Assembly (NCBI GenBank): GCA_050230475.1 | Contig: JBFLGF010000069.1 | Location: 1 to 64,000, forward strand | Length of the DNA: 64,000 nt | Direction: 5' to 3' | Origin: Ancylonema sp. | Lineage: Eukaryota | Shown here: piece after piece, positions 22,279-36,779 of the stretch | Layout of the letters: each line of letters starts with the position of its first letter | Numbering within the stretch: position 1 is the first letter of the stretch | Position numbers and translations under genes: made by a program | Notes under the pieces: model-generated | Told to the model about the DNA's origin: nothing | The model's database searches: none | The model's input: the letters and a program-made list of their open reading frames with translations, nothing else

Positions 22279-24768
22279 ATGACTGATAGGGCCTATGATT
22301 ACCGGGAGGCAAAGTTAGATCAGCATGAAGACATTTCTGCTCCGCGGACGCCTCAATCTGCCGCCAGTTCCGAGTCTGGTGGGGACCGGCACTTTCGCAT
22401 TGGTAACATCATCCTCCAGGCTGCTCAGCAAGCGCAGCAAGATGAGCAGGCGCAGGCAACTGCCCGGACTGCGGCACAAATTGCCGCTCAAGCACGAAAG
22501 ATGAGGTCTCGTACTCGGAAAGTGCAACCTGTAGCAGCAGATCAAGATTATGATGTGGAATCGTCAGGGATGAGTCATCGTGTACCTTCCAATACGGAAT
22601 GGGGAATGGGGTCCGGGGATATGGATAGCGACATGGGGACCCAGGACGTGGAGAATTCACCCACCGCGAAGGATATCCGTGGACAGAAATCCTTATATCC
22701 CGACGGGAAGGCTTACAGTCTTCCTCTCCCGCCTGCCTTTGCTCTCTTGGACATTGAGAAGCCCGGGAAACGATCATTGTTCAGTGTACGGCTATCCCGT
22801 CCCTCACTCTCCTACCTTTGCCCCTTCCGGCCGTAACCAAACGTGAATATAACGGCTCAAATACCACCCGTGATCACACTGCGACACAGACCCTCCCACC
22901 CATAAAATACGATTTTTCAACCTGACACCAAGTTGCCGTATTTTGGGCCTATCAAGTGCCGTGAACGGGTGCCACCACGCTGTATCTAGTTTCGCATAAT
23001 CTTCCACATTCACTATACAGCAACAACACTATCCGTAAGTGTAAGCTATATACCGCTGTGTAACAGAACCTGGTCATAACTCCACAGTTTTTTTTTTTTT
23101 AATGGATATCGTCTCTCTCCACTGCCTGTTCTCAGCGTCCTGGAGAATGTCAGGTCACGTGAATGTATCATTGCTCTAGTCGACTGTGTTAACAAGCGCC
23201 AGTCCGGAAGTATGGGCCCCCCTTGTGCTCTAGTTGGACATTCAAGCGCCCTCCCCCTCAATACAAGTAGTCATACACGTCTAGCTGTCGTACAATGTGA
23301 AAGAAAGCTGAGAAATTCACACCCGATTGGCAAATATTTACAGAGATGACGACTCTCTTTACGTTTCTAGTAGTCACACATTTCTCTCCCTGGGCTGTGG
23401 CATACTCATTCGCGAGCACTTGTAGTATATCACACAGAAATATTGATATGAGAAATATGAGAAATATGAGAAATATTGATGTCCTCATAAATTCACGCAT
23501 TTCTCTCTTTTCAGAACTCATTGTTCAAGGGGCCGCCTGGATACCGCGTCTGCTTGTGGACGGCGATAACCCTCATGGCGCTTTCCACCATCATCGGCCT
23601 CAGTATGATCACAGCTTTCGTAGCGCTTCAGCCGAAAGCACCCACGTATGACTTGCAGGAGGTCCGAGTGCAGGTCTGTGTTTTTCACTCGCTGACGTTC
23701 GGGAATATGATCTTGCTAGCTAGTTGCACAGTTCTGGTCGCGGTGTTGCCCGAGGTAATATCGTCATTCGACCGATGGCCGCAAAATTGGAAGTGGGTTA
23801 GTCAGACAGACAGACAGGTGCGGATCAGGACCGAAGTTAGCTTTCCTCGAACTGGGGATTCCAAATTTGGAGTGTAGGCAGGGTTAACCGGTGTAACAGA
23901 GGGGTTGGAGTATAGGAGGCACTGAAGTTGCGTCGTCATTCGACGCAACTTCCGTACTCTGTATGGAGAGAGCCGCCATGATTCGCAATGATCGACTTGC
24001 TTGTCTGTGAGCCTCGGAGGGCAGGTGCATGCACTGTGTCAGTAGGAAGTACTGTCGGAGGACTATGGATACGAAGCTGATAGTGAATTTGCAAAATGCC
24101 CTCAGCTTGGGCGGAAACAAGAGCATATACTGAGCAGTGGTTGATAGTTTCGGTCATATGAATGCAATGGTAACAAGGAGACTGAAGAGTTTTTATTTCC
24201 AGGAATGAGGAAAGAAGGTGACGTGAAAATGTGTGGTCCTGGGGGATGGAACACTGTGTGGGTCAGTACTTGGTCACTCATCACTGACAGGTGTGTCTCG
24301 TCGCCTTTGCATGTGCAGTGGTGGCTGACCTACCGGGACACCGCCGGTTACCTCCCCGCCACCAAAGTCAACAATGGCACTGCAATTTCCACAGTGTACC
24401 TTTACGCAGACGTGGTCCTGGTTACCAAGGCCGAGAACCACAATAATCAAATCGGGATTCACTACCAGAATACCACGTTCGAGATTTCCTACCAAGGCAC
24501 GCGAATCGGATTCGTAACGGTACCTCCGGTCTACCAACCGCCCAACAACGTAACTTCCGTTCTAGCGGAGTGGAAATGTGACGGATGTGTCGTTTTGGAC
24601 GTGGGTCATTATTTGGAAGCGGACCAGCTGATGGGGTCGGTGCCTCTGAACATCAAGATGACTGTCGACGCCAGTGTCGAAATTGCTGGGGTGGTGTCTC
24701 CGGGTTACGTTTACACCAACACATATGATGTGAAAATAAAGCCCCCGCCATCCACTTCTGGGAGTTAG
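22279..24768 (+). CDS. LEA_2 / NDR1-HIN1-like membrane protein (exons ~22279-22785, 23530-23673, 24319-24768)
   Basis: Disordered N-terminus, TM helix then ALQPKAPTY, and KAENHNNQIGIHY...ISYQGTRIG...PPVYQPP; splice sites in phase. Confidence 0.8.
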
Positions 24769-26094
24769 TTAGAGTGATGAATCAATGCCAGGTGGTGGCA
24801 GGGGGGAGTAGCCCGATTGTCTGGCATGACATTTTGACACAGAGGGTGCAATATATAAGACGTTGACTTGTACAGAAGAGGGTTTGAATGAGTTGTCGGT
24901 GGTTTGGCTGGTAGGTTCACTTAGGAGTTGATCTGACATCGACATCAGTTCTTTATTCATTTTTCCCCGATATTCAGTTAAATATTTTTACATGCTTATT
25001 GTACTCTCAAATTTGAAGGGTATCTGTATGAAAGTCGACGCATATGTATTTTGATAAATTGCCTCGTGTTTTGAATGGTATTTGTCTTCCCGCTCCAGTT
25101 CCAATTGAGTGGTTGCAAAACGTTGAACGGATGCTGTAATGACACACAACCCTTTCTCTTTGACGCCATCATGACTCACACGCGATTTTTAGTTAGACGT
25201 GTTAAATGATGTATTAACATTACTAAAACAAGTCATCAGTAAGTGTTAACCTCACTTGCAACCACTTTACTTCATGACGGCTATCCTTCAAATCCAGCCC
25301 AGAAAATTGATCTTCTCAACAAATCTATTTTCCTCTCCACCTCCTGGAACATTCTCTCTATGAAGAAACTTGCCAAAAAAAAAGGACATCGATATAACAC
25401 CAAAAGTTGTCATGCACGATTATGTTTGCCGATTTAGCATTGTACTAGTTCTAAGTTCATGTAACGAAGTACCAGTTCGATTGTTTTAGTGATTCATTGC
25501 GGCCATCCGACCATCGATACCATCGATACCATCAACGCATTTGTCACAACCTTTCGAGTATGTGTAATAAGGCGAGATTCCCTACTATATTTTGCTAGAT
25601 ACTATTAGGTCGCCTACCGATTGCAGTGTCAAGTTGATTGGCACTACGCTTAAGAGCCAACAACTTAAAGCAAAAAAAGAATTACACTTGCACAACTTGT
25701 TCGCACTCTCGCAGGTTTGCGAGACTTGCACCCAGTAAAAGATTTTCCCATACGAGCCTAGGCATTGTGTCTATGTGATCGTCTCTCGCTTGCCGCCTCA
25801 ACGTTTCGACGTATGCACGATGTCGCTCTTATGCAAAGTTGTACTCACCTGTGAGCACTTGCCTCGAGTGATCAGCGCATGAGTTGGTAGCGTGACATAG
25901 CGTTACACAACCATCTACCGTTTTGTATTAGTGCCGTGATCTCATGATTATATGTGTGTAATGAGATTGAGTGCGTCGACACCATTAGATAACTGTATTT
26001 TGATGCTTGATTAGTTATGTGTGTATTTGCATCACGATCGCATCTAGCACGTCAAAGCTCATTCAAACCACATTCGCACGGTCCTCCACACTTT

Positions 26095-26335
26095 TGTTTT
26101 CGGTACGGGTTGGTCCGAGGCACGTGTCCTCGCGGTCTTCCGAATTTTTAGGTTTTTTGCAAAAAAAAAAAAATCAAATTAGGGGTTTTTGAACCTCTTT
26201 ATCAAGACGCGTCCAATACGGACATCATTGGTTACGTGCGATGCATATTTTTAATTTTGATCAATTTTGAAAACAATTTTCAAACTTTGAAAACCCAAAG
26301 TTTGACACGAACGGAGACAAATGAGGACGTCTAGT
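26095..26335 (+). repeat. Dispersed repeat, probably a non-autonomous TE; inverted homolog at 37280-37720
   Basis: Shared colinear blocks CGGTACGGG, CGCGTCCAATRCRGACAT, TGCGATGC, TCAATTTT-GAAAAC and CGAACGGAGACAAAT. Confidence 0.7.
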
Positions 26336-26990
26336 CAATCGGACTTTCTAAACTAGACAAGGAACAAGATATGTGTCGAGAAGAAAGGGAGGAGGTCGCG
26401 TGAGTGTCCACGTACGACGTGAGTTGTGATATGGTGTGTTTGATGTGATGATGTGATATGGCATCACGAGAAGTAATCTCCCCACAATGTAATCAGTTGT
26501 TATGTGCGCCATAATGATGCGTGACATAAAATGTACGTATTATATTCACTTAATAGTCACTTGAAACTTTGGAAGTGGAGTAAAAGTGTCGTGAGTTGAT
26601 TGTGTACCCCATTTGCACTACGTATAAGAGAAAGAATACAAACATACCCAAAAAACCCAAAAAGGGCTCTAAGTCCGATCCCCCTCTTTTTTTGGGGGGT
26701 ACAGGTCGGGCTTGGGAACGAATTTCGGGTCCCCGTACATTAAATCACCCTACGCTCGAATTTCTTTCGACCTAGCGTTTAGTACACAACATATTCTTTT
26801 CCGACTCTTGAGAATTGGCAATAAGGCATATACTTGAGCTTGATGCACCCTACTCTACGTAACTGGTAGAAAGAAGGATTGAGGCAAAGAACATCAAAAC
26901 ATGTTTATAAGCATAAAATTTATATACATTTGGGATAGTTTTTGTATTAGGTATGAAACATCCAAAAAAGAGTAATTGTTGGACAATTGC

Positions 26991-28900
26991 ATGTTGGAGG
27001 TGGTGCGCGCATATAAGACCAACAAAGAAGAAGAGGACAGTACAAGTCCGTGGAAGATTTTGTCCACAGCAGATGAAGATTCTCTTTATAACAAAGTCTA
27101 TTCACTAGTGCGAACCTCGTTCTAAGGCTATTATTGATTGCCTTATACTACAATATTAGTATTAATAAGTAATAACGTATAATGAGTATTTATAAATATT
27201 AGTATTTATATTATATAGATTATTGAGTACTACAATAATAGTATACACTTCTAAGCTGCATCCTGGCGTGCTTTCATGCCAGTGCCACATAGTAATGTAT
27301 GATCCCAGACTACACGGCAACAAACCATGTTACACTCCTATATGGATTGGTTATGTATAACTGCATTGCTCTGCCGCAGCAATGATGTTTGAGAAGCATG
27401 TACCACTTCTACTGCCTGGACTTCAGTCCTCGTCTTGTTGTTGCTATGATATGGTCTACATCAACACTTGATTCTGAACAACATACACTCGATTCATCCA
27501 GTGCCATTTTGCGTCTTTGACATTTGGTAGGGCCTGGCATCACCTGTGCACCATTGTCCCAGACACACGCCTTCAAAGCAGGGAATGTCACATTGCAACA
27601 TTGCCATGTGGAGAATTAAGAGGCTGTCAAAAGAAGGAAAAAGAAGGAGACGATACATTTTGGATGAGAGGCGACAAACGAAAATGAAGAGTGGGAGCGA
27701 ATTTCTACAGGAGAACAAGAGAGCTCCACTCTCGATTTTGAGGATGAAAGGAAATCCACCATGGTCTTGAAAGCAGGCCACATTGCAGGAAAATCACATA
27801 TGGAAAGTGACACAAATTTCAAGTGGTGACACGCATTGGGATGCGTTTCGGGCAGCAATAAAGTGATGTGACAAGCGGAATGTGACTTCTTTGTCTCTAG
27901 AAAATATGACATTCTTTTTTTGTTCATTGGTTGATGTATCTTGTTCAAACATGGGGAATCTAATCGCTGTATCAGTCAACCTGTGGTGGTTCAGCGAGTG
28001 TGAAAGGATTATGCGAAGCTCTTTGTGCCAGAAAGCGGTGGTGTGCTTATTCTAGAAGGAGTACAAGGGAAGGAATGGGAAGTCCAATGGCTGCAAAATC
28101 GATCAGAAATGAGTACCAATTTCACAGGATTCCGCACTGACAATAAGCTCCAAAAAGGCGATATTTTGGTATATGAGGGAGCTGGCAAGGGCGAGCAGAG
28201 GTTCAAGGTAAGGGAGCCATCAATACAGTGATGATATCAATTTTACTAGTTTGCCGTTCTGAATTCTTTTTGTAACGACTGCAGGTCTGCAATTCTCATA
28301 ATGTGACAACTCTTTATGGTGTTGAACATATTTGCTTTTGGTGTTTAAGTACATTATGACGTAGCTGTTTATGCTAGTGTCACCTCTGGTGGCAAAAAAA
28401 TTGAACATTGGTTTTGCAGGTTGGAATCCCTAACCTTCATACAAAACGACTTGGCGGTTATGAGTTCGGTATAGATGAGGTACAACTGATAGGAAAACCA
28501 AAGACAAAGAAGAAGAAGAGGAGAGTGAAAGTCTGTGGAAGATCGTTTCCACAGCGAATGAAGTCAATACGTGAGCTTCTTTCACATGCACCGATAGCTT
28601 CAAAACGTATAACAAGGGCACTAGCAAAGAAGTTGGAGGAGCAGAGTAAAACGCAGGCATCATCCGAGGAGTCCATCGAAACACGCACTCTGAGGCCTGT
28701 GAAACATTAAAGAGAAAAAGAGAAAGAAAGCCATGGGAAATAAGAAATCAAGGGGCAATCACACACATTGTCTGAGGAGTCCATCGAAATACGAACATTG
28801 AGGCATGTGAAACTGAAGGCAGAAAAAAGTGGGGAAATCCAAGGCAGGTCGATCATTTGAGAGTCAAGGGAGGTACTTGATTGGATGTCTCGCAAGGGCA
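26991..28900 (+). pseudogene. B3-domain (REM-like) pseudogene
   Basis: LILEGVQGKEWEVQW...FTGFRTDNKLQKGDILVYE (27995-28207); in-frame stops at 28001, 28708, 28741 and 28858; internal repeat SEESIE(T/I)RTLR. Confidence 0.65.
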
Positions 28901-29638
28901 GTAGGAGGAGGTCAGAACTGGAAGGAGGGAAAGTGGACAAATAATGAGCATCATAGGGATGATAGTGGGAATGGCAGTGGCTGAGTATACGAGGCAAATA
29001 AATAAAAGGGGTGAAGGCAATGTGAAGGTGGTAATGGGCTTCACAGTTTGTATAAGCGGTGAGAAAACAACTAAATCGCAAGCATATTTATTTCAGATGT
29101 GTGTGACAATGAGTGATGGGGGTCACAGACCTCCGACAACATAGACATTCTGACCTTCTAGCACATAGTGGAGGCTCAGATTACAGTTTCTTCCCTTTGA
29201 GGACAATCTTAGTACAAAATTTCAAAAAAATGATCACTTATGAAGTGACCAACATGGCTTCACTATTGGAATCCCTGCACAAATGTCCAAGTAGCCTGCT
29301 TGTCTTTCATCCATTAATTAGCTCTTGCATCACTGTTCAACAATTCAAAACTAAGTCGTTGAATGTGTGGGGATTAAGAGTATATAAGATCATTGTCCTT
29401 TACATGATTTGTGGCCCTTCCACTCACTTCATTGCCTAATTTCAATATCTCGACAAATAGTAATCAACTTAACGATATATCCTGACATATCACACAGTCC
29501 ACCTTTAAAAAAATTGACAACGAACCTCCTCTACACTCAAGTCTCACTAGGTCCTCGTTTGGTTTTGCACAAGGGTTTGTTGCACCCTCAACGCGTTCCA
29601 TTGTAGCAACACAGCCACTTGCAGCGCCTGTTGCTCCT

Positions 29639-32600
29639 CTAACCGGGGATAACCGCTACTTTCGGTGGCGCACCCGGTTCCGGTTCCGTTTCCGGATCCC
29701 TATGATACCCAGGCAGCGGAATCCCATCATTCGACGGCTTCATATTCTCTTTCAAGAAATTGATTTTCGCCGTCGTCTGTCTCTGTTTCTCCACCAGATC
29801 TGCTTTCAGCTCCTCTTCCGTGACCACTATCACAGCGCCATCTGTCAAATCATCCAACCAATCCTGGGGCTCTGCTGCAATCTCGTCCAATACGCGTTGA
29901 GAAGAAGACCGCAGCAAAAATTTGCACAACATGTCTGTGAACTCGTCTCCCAAACCCCCATCTTGCGCAATGTCGCTTATACCGAAAATGATCATCGCCA
30001 ATGTGTCCCCATACCAAGTTTTCGCCATGTAACACAGCTGCACACCAAATATGCCATAATTCAAAAATCAGAATCTAGAATCTAGAATCTAGAATCCAGA
30101 ATCCAGAATCCAGAATCCAGAATCTAGAATCCAGAATCCAGAATCCAGAATCTAGAGTATGTTGCCATGCCTCACTGACATCAGAATCTCATCAACCAAT
30201 TCCCTTGCTTCCATGAATACCAAATTCAAATATCAATCATCACTTCACCATCCCATCCATCCTGACCTTCATTGTGCACCTTTATCCCAACCCCCTACCC
30301 CACCATCCCAACCCTGCTACCCCAATTCTATACGTGATACCATCCAAACCTTCGCAACAAAAAGCAGAAAACAAATACAAATACACCATCTGCCAAGACG
30401 CCAATATAGACCCCCAAACCCCACTCCCTCCCCCACTTAGGCTTCCAAAAGCTCTCACCTGAAACCCTGATCGGCTTCTCAGCATGTGCTGACAAAGTGT
30501 ATGCAACGGCTTCTTCTCGATCGCTCTCAGCCCCCCCAGCAGCTTCCTGGCACCGATTTCGTCCGGTCTCAACACAATGTTTTTTTCGTTGGATTCGTAG
30601 CGATACATCCCCGAAAACTCTCTCATCGCGGGCAAGCCCGGAACAATGCGGAAGAATTCAACGGGTGCCACCGGATAGGGCAGCAGCAGTTCCGTCAACG
30701 GTATGCGGTAGGTTTGGCATCGCAACAGGACGGGATCCCCCTGGGACCCCCCTTGGATCCCCACTGCCCCCTGTTTTTTTCTCCTGATTTTACCATCCGT
30801 TTCGTCCACATCTGCGTAGTCACCTGCGCTGATGTGGCTGCCAGGTGGCAGACCGGAGACTGCCCCCCCCCCATAGTACAGCAACTGAACGCAGAGGGCA
30901 CTTCGCTCGAACTGCGACACGGTCACAGTGACGTCCGCCTTCACAGGTTCCTGCCAGGTGAAAACAACAGAGAGTCGGACACGGCCAGGATGTGGCAACA
31001 AGTCACCAGCAGGTTTCATCAGGAGCTCCGCACACAAATTCTGGCCTCGACAGCCCTTCACACAGGCAGGAAATGAGATGGGGGGATGGGCATGCGGCGT
31101 AGCACACACATGCAAACAGAATCTAAACATTCAATATCTCGATATCAAATCACAGCAACAAACTGACAAGTGACTGTACAAAGGTCTACCCACTCCACAG
31201 TGTCTCCTCCAAGGTGTGCCTATATGAAGGTGTGAGTGTACCTGGGGCAGCAGCCCTCGCAGATGCCTCACTGCTAGTGGGGCGCCATCCATAAATCGGA
31301 GCGACCCCAGCAGCCCCACACGGACTTCCACCCGCCCCACCTCGATCTCCGTCATGTTCAGCACCTGCGGGGAAACGTGAAGTGGAACCATGAATCCGGG
31401 ACACACACGGTACCTTTTGTGCGTACATACATACCTCCAAATATGTTGACATACAAATGTACATACATGCATGCATAAGTACGCACATACATACCTACGT
31501 GCATACATGTAGATGTATTCATATTTACTTACATACATACATACGTACATACATACATACCTACAAACATATACAAAGATACATATATACATACATACAC
31601 ATACGAACATACATATAGACACAGATATATAGACATATACATATACATATACATATGTATACATACATACATAAATACAGATATGCAAACGTGCATACAT
31701 GCATACACACATGCGCATGTACATCTGTCCATACAACTCTGTGCTACAACAGCGGTCCGACCTCTATATCGAACAAACGAATTGCACATGGAGAGCACCC
31801 CCCACCCCTCCACCTTCAAATGCAGCGTCACCCGATGCTCGTTTATATCTGTGAGATGATACCCCTCTGTCAAAACGGGATCGCTGCTCCCACTTAGAAC
31901 CTTAGGGGCCGCCACCTCCTTCCCCCGCCCTCCCCTCCTGCCCCCTGCGCCACCTGTCACCACCTCAAGCTCTGACGCGCCTGGGTGCCACAGGGCCGTG
32001 ACAGCTGTCCTGACCACGTCCTCCAGCTTCCGGTCCTGCGCCGCTGCTGCCTGATGGTACTCCGCGCTCAGTTTGTGGTGGGTGAAGGGGTACTCCCCCG
32101 TGGGGCCCACCCTGGCCGCCCACCTGGCAGGGGGGGAGGGTGGGTGAGGATGGTGGGGGCTGGGTATGGGGGGAGGGAGAAGAGAGGTTACTGTCGCTCG
32201 GGCGCTTTTTGGATGTTAGCGAGGAGGCTGACGATGAGTTTGCATCGCTGCTTGCTGACGCCGTCGGCCAATGAGGACGTCCGAAACTCTTCCAGCTCAC
32301 GGCAGACGAGCGCAGCTGCCCGGAAGCTTCTGGTGCCCAAGTGCTGCCCACACACCAGAATGGCCTGAAACGCAGAGGGGTACCGGGGTAAGGGCGCGGT
32401 TATCGAATAGGCGGGCGCCAGGTGGCAGCTTCTGGGCTCACCTCCACGTCCTGCGACCGGTCCGAGCCTGCAGCTTCAGGAGTGAACAGGATGCGGTGGA
32501 CACACGCTATAAGCACATTCAGGGGCTCCCGGGGCTCGTCAGCAAAGACTGCGCTTGTACCGGCCAGACTAAGATGCTCTGCTAAGACCCACAGCAGGCG

Positions 32601-34632
32601 GACACGCATGCAGGGGGTTGCCACCTGGCGGGGAAGCGTTGGGCGGGAGGGGGAGGGTTTCGAACCAAAGGCAGGACTTGGACTGTGGGGGCTTTGAGAG
32701 ATATGCGACCACTTAGATTCAGATTCGGATTCACTTGCGGTGGCATATTTAGCGTGCCGTTCGTTGATTCTGATATATCTTTATGGCAAAGCACCTACTC
32801 ACCGACCAACAGTCCATACCAAACAAACTAGATCGTGGCATCTGGCAGATGCCCCTACTGCTTACATCAGCGAGGTCTTCCAGCAACTGCCTCTGAAGGT
32901 TCTGCAGCCTCTGCTCCGCTCGTATTTGCTCTGGCGTCGCCCCGTCAGCGATCGACTTCACCCCCCCCGCAGTGTCGTACAGCAGACAGAGCTGAGTCAG
33001 CAGTCGGAGGTAGCAGTCCATCGCATACGTCCTCCCAGCGCATTCCCAGCCCACACAGGGACGCCCAACCTCCAGAACCTCAAGCGCAGACTGGGCCCAT
33101 TTGGCAGCGCTACCCTCCGTGTTCCCGAGGACTCCGGAGGATCTCATGCCAGTGGTTGGGGAGCGGAGGGGGGGGGGGGGCTGGGAAAGTTGGAAGCAGG
33201 TTTCTGCCAGACAAGCGAGGAGCTCTTCGCGGAACAAGGAGTTGGCAGAAACGGCAGAAAACTCTTCGCGAGTTTGAGCATCTTCCAACAGCGCGCCGAC
33301 ATCTGTCCCTGCCAGAGGCTTCTGCCCCCTCCTAGCACTCTCCTTCACAAACAGGTCCAGACAGAGAGCTGTCTGACAGATGCAGGCCAACGCATGCATG
33401 CGATCGGCCTCCATTCTGAGGTTGCGCACCATCACCAGCAGCCTCTTGAAGAGCGCCACCTGGAGGTGCAGATCCAGCAGCTTGAGGTTCGAAACCACCG
33501 CCCTCACAATGGCTTCCCTCCCGGCACTGTACTCCTGACGATCCCACAGCGTCAGAAAGGCTGTGATTGGTCCAAGGGCCCACTCAGGCTTCCCCCCCGG
33601 GACACCGGCCAATGACAGGACCTGGATGCCGACCTCATACACGAGCGCGGGGTCCAGGGAGGAGGAGAGGAAGGGGGAGAGGTGGGAGATGATGTCAGAG
33701 ACCCCCAAGATTCTTTCCGCATTCACCAAGTCCTTTTCGACCCCAGCTCCGACCCCCAGCCTCCCCCCCCGGCTCGGTTGGGCCCCTTTTCTGTTGGCCG
33801 TGAAAGACTTCATGTCGTCTAACATGCCTGATGCGACCGCTCGAGCGGCGTAGACGAGGGGGTAAACCGTTGACCTCATTTTGTCGAGTGGCAGGACAGC
33901 GGCACGAGCCATGAGGAGATCGCGTTTGGACCATACGAATTCAACTGTCGAGATGACGAATTGGGATCGGACGGCCAATGAGGACTCGGTGGAAATGATT
34001 TTGTCGCCAGCGAGGCGAGATAACCGCTTGGTGGCAAATTCGGAGAAGAGGCTGCCCACGGCGTCAAACGCGGCGGATGATACGGAGTCGGCGGTGTCCA
34101 GCATGGAGCGACAGATTTGGGTCCACCAGAAGTTGGCGCGCTCGAGCAGAGTGACACTTGTCGCGCAGAGCAGAGCCATGTCATCCCGCGCCAGAAGACA
34201 TCCGAGGGTTTCGACAGTCACCTGGCGCAGTGCCACGTGGTCGTGGACCATGCAGGCGCTTATGTCGTTGCTGCACTCCGTCACGAAATCACCCACGCGC
34301 CAGCTGGGGAGGGCGGTGAGAAACGAGAGACTGACGGCTGTCAATTCGGGATTGCTGGAATTGAAATCCGTTGTCATCCCGCGGCAGACGATCTCCCACT
34401 CGTCCGCAATCAGACGTGAGATGCGGACGCAATCATCAGCGAGTTTCTTACACACCACACTCGTGCCACTGTTGGCGATCAGTTCATTGCAGAAAGTGGG
34501 AGCCAAAGAGGAAATGTCTTTTCCGGAAGCTGCCAGCTGCAACGCGACCAGAAGCGAGGATGACTGACGATCGAGATCGGTAGAAACGACGTCAGCTTTG
34601 ATGGCCTGATAAATCAAGTCCATAGTAGCCAT
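29639..34632 (-). CDS. TPLATE: TPLATE, core subunit of the TPLATE/TSET endocytic adaptor complex; 7 exons (34632-32866, 32624-32442, ~32364-32252, ~32124-31814, ~31364-31242, 30950-30459, 30037-29639)
   Basis: MDLIYQAIKAD...ALQLAASGKDIS; GVPGGKPEWA; RPCVGWECAGRTYAMDCYL; YPFTHHKL...AAQDRKLE; LSGSSDP; FERSALCVQLLYY; LCYMAKTWYG. Confidence 0.95.
30069..30154. repeat. Heptamer array (AGAATCY)n in the last TPLATE intron
   Basis: About 12 tandem AGAATCT/AGAATCC units. Confidence 0.9.
31420..31730. repeat. Degenerate (ATAC)n/RY microsatellite in a TPLATE intron
   Basis: Seen directly. Confidence 0.9.
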
Positions 34633-35246
34633 GATTGCGAGCGGATGGTGCGTATACTACAGCTGGGTCAGAGGCTGGACGGAAAAGCGAGACGGGAGGA
34701 CTACTCAGAGAGAGGTGCGGATGGTGCGTAGAAAACTCGCGCGAGGGGGACGGAACTCACGAGAAAGGTTATGTACGTAAGGTGCCATCACGCCTTTCGA
34801 TGTGTGCGTACTGTCGCTCCATGGCAATACAGAGCGTCCAGGTTACCGCGACGCACATCAGGACATCCCAATACAATCTGATACGGGGCCTTGCCTGGAG
34901 GTCGCTCTGACACGGAGCTCCTCAACAATTTGTCACGCGAAAGGAATGTACCTTTTGCCGGTGGTACGGTTTTGTACGGAGAGAGAACTGGGCCAGGGTG
35001 ACACTTCTTTCCACGCCTTCGGCTCGCGGTTTGTTTCCGTACTATCATATCTCGGCCAGTTCCAGTCAAAATGGCGAGACCTACAACAGAAGTAACCGAA
35101 AGATGCACCGATACAGCGGGTACCATTATCTGAACCCCACTTTTAAAGTTCGCAAGACATGCAGAGTTTTCTCTACTAGCAAACAATCACCTGAGTTGTT
35201 ACTAAACATATCACAGCGAAGGTGAGGAGTAATCAGAGGGTGTACG

Positions 35247-36471
35247 ATGGTTTTGCCAGCACTAGCAAGGCTTGGTCGCCATCTTGCGACTCTGACGCGT
35301 CCACGTGGCGCTGTGGACATTCCAATTGGGTGCCAAAGGTTCGATGCTGCTGTAATTGCTCACCATCGTCTGCTTGAGCAAGTGACTGCGTGGACACGTG
35401 GCAGTGTTCAGCATTTCAGCTCCCAGGATTCAGGGGATGAAGGGAAGCCAGGAGATGTCGTGGATGAACAGTATCAAAAGCGGGTGGATGATCTAACTAG
35501 GAGAAGAGAGCTGTTAGAGCGGGTAACTTTGGGGCCAAATCAGCTGTATTCAAGAGCAACTGAAGGGGAAACGGAAGTCGGACTTGATAATTCTGACTTA
35601 TCTGGTCTAGCGGACATTCTATCCCCTGACTTTGAGCCTCGGAAGACCGCTGCGAGCTCGAAATCCGACGAGCATTCCGATTAGGAGGCAGCAGAGGAAG
35701 ATTTTGAGAGGGAATTGAGATCGTCTCCACCTTTTGAGGCCGTGCCGGCCAACTTTTTTGACGACGAGTTCGAGTTGTCGGACGACGATCTAGACGGCCT
35801 CATCGTGCAGAGAAATTTTGAGGGGATCGAGGGACTACCTCCTCTGGACGAGTTGAGACGACAGGACGACGATGTAGAGGCGCGAGCAGAGCGACGGAAA
35901 ATGGAAATGGAGAAGCAGGAGGCTGTGCAGCTGACACGCATCCGTCAAGTGGACCAGTTCGGGCGGGCTTATGCGACTGGGCGGCGGAAAACATCCTCTG
36001 CACGTGTGTGGCTGGCGGAAGGGGAAGGGAGAATTCTTGTGAATGGGTCAACGCACGACATCTACTTCCCTCAATTCACGCACCGAACACACGTGTTGCA
36101 ACCGTTTTTAACGACCAACACGCTGGGGCTGTTTGACATACAGTGCACTGTGGCTGGAGGCGGCATGACAGGTACTACCAGCAGCATGGGTTTTGGGGCT
36201 TCCCAGTGTGCTTGTATGCTGTTCGAATTCATACGGGATGAGATGACTGTACTGGGGTTCGGCAGGGCAAGCTGGAGCCGTCCGATTGGGCATCAGTCGG
36301 GCTCTGCAATTGTTCGATCCCACCATGAGAGGGTCTTTGAAAGCAGGTGAGTGATCCTCGACTCCAGGCATGAGTCTGCTGGGTGTGGTATGCAGTTGCA
36401 GATAAGCATGGGGGTGGTTCCCGAACATGGTGGCTGAAAGTGATAAAGAAACGCGAGAGAGATAGAGTGTG

Positions 36472-36528
<57 letters not shown>

Positions 36529-36779
36529 AGGAGGGGTTAGCTCGGATCAGTCTTCCATTCGCTTGCTGAGAAGGAGGCTCATGAGCCACAGATCCAGAAA
36601 GTTATTAGGGTAGATGGAGAGTGAAGACTTTCAAGCAGCCTGATTCTCTGGTTGGGCTGGGCTGGGGTTGGGGCTGGGGCTGTTCAGATGGCCTTCTGAC
36701 TAGAGACCCTCGAGCTGTTGAAAGAAAGAAACCTGGGAAAGCAAAAGCTCGGAAGAGCTTCCAATGGGTCAAGAGATAG
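35247..36779 (+). CDS. RPS9: Mitochondrial-type ribosomal protein uS9 (exons 35247-36171, 36266-36346, 36688-36779); in-frame TAG at 35682-35684
   Basis: Presequence-like N-terminus; [65 protein letters not shown]. Confidence 0.93.
36475..36524. repeat. (GA)n microsatellite in an RPS9 intron
   Basis: About 25 GA units. Confidence 0.95.

Noticed and set aside
32740..34567. Long plus-strand ORFs opposite TPLATE
   Set aside because: Antisense shadows of a GC-rich exon with no recognisable domains.
35682..35684. Alternative genetic code (TAG/TAA read as sense)
   Set aside because: TPLATE and RPS9 itself end at TAG (RPS9 at its conserved C-terminus), and long exons elsewhere have no internal stops.
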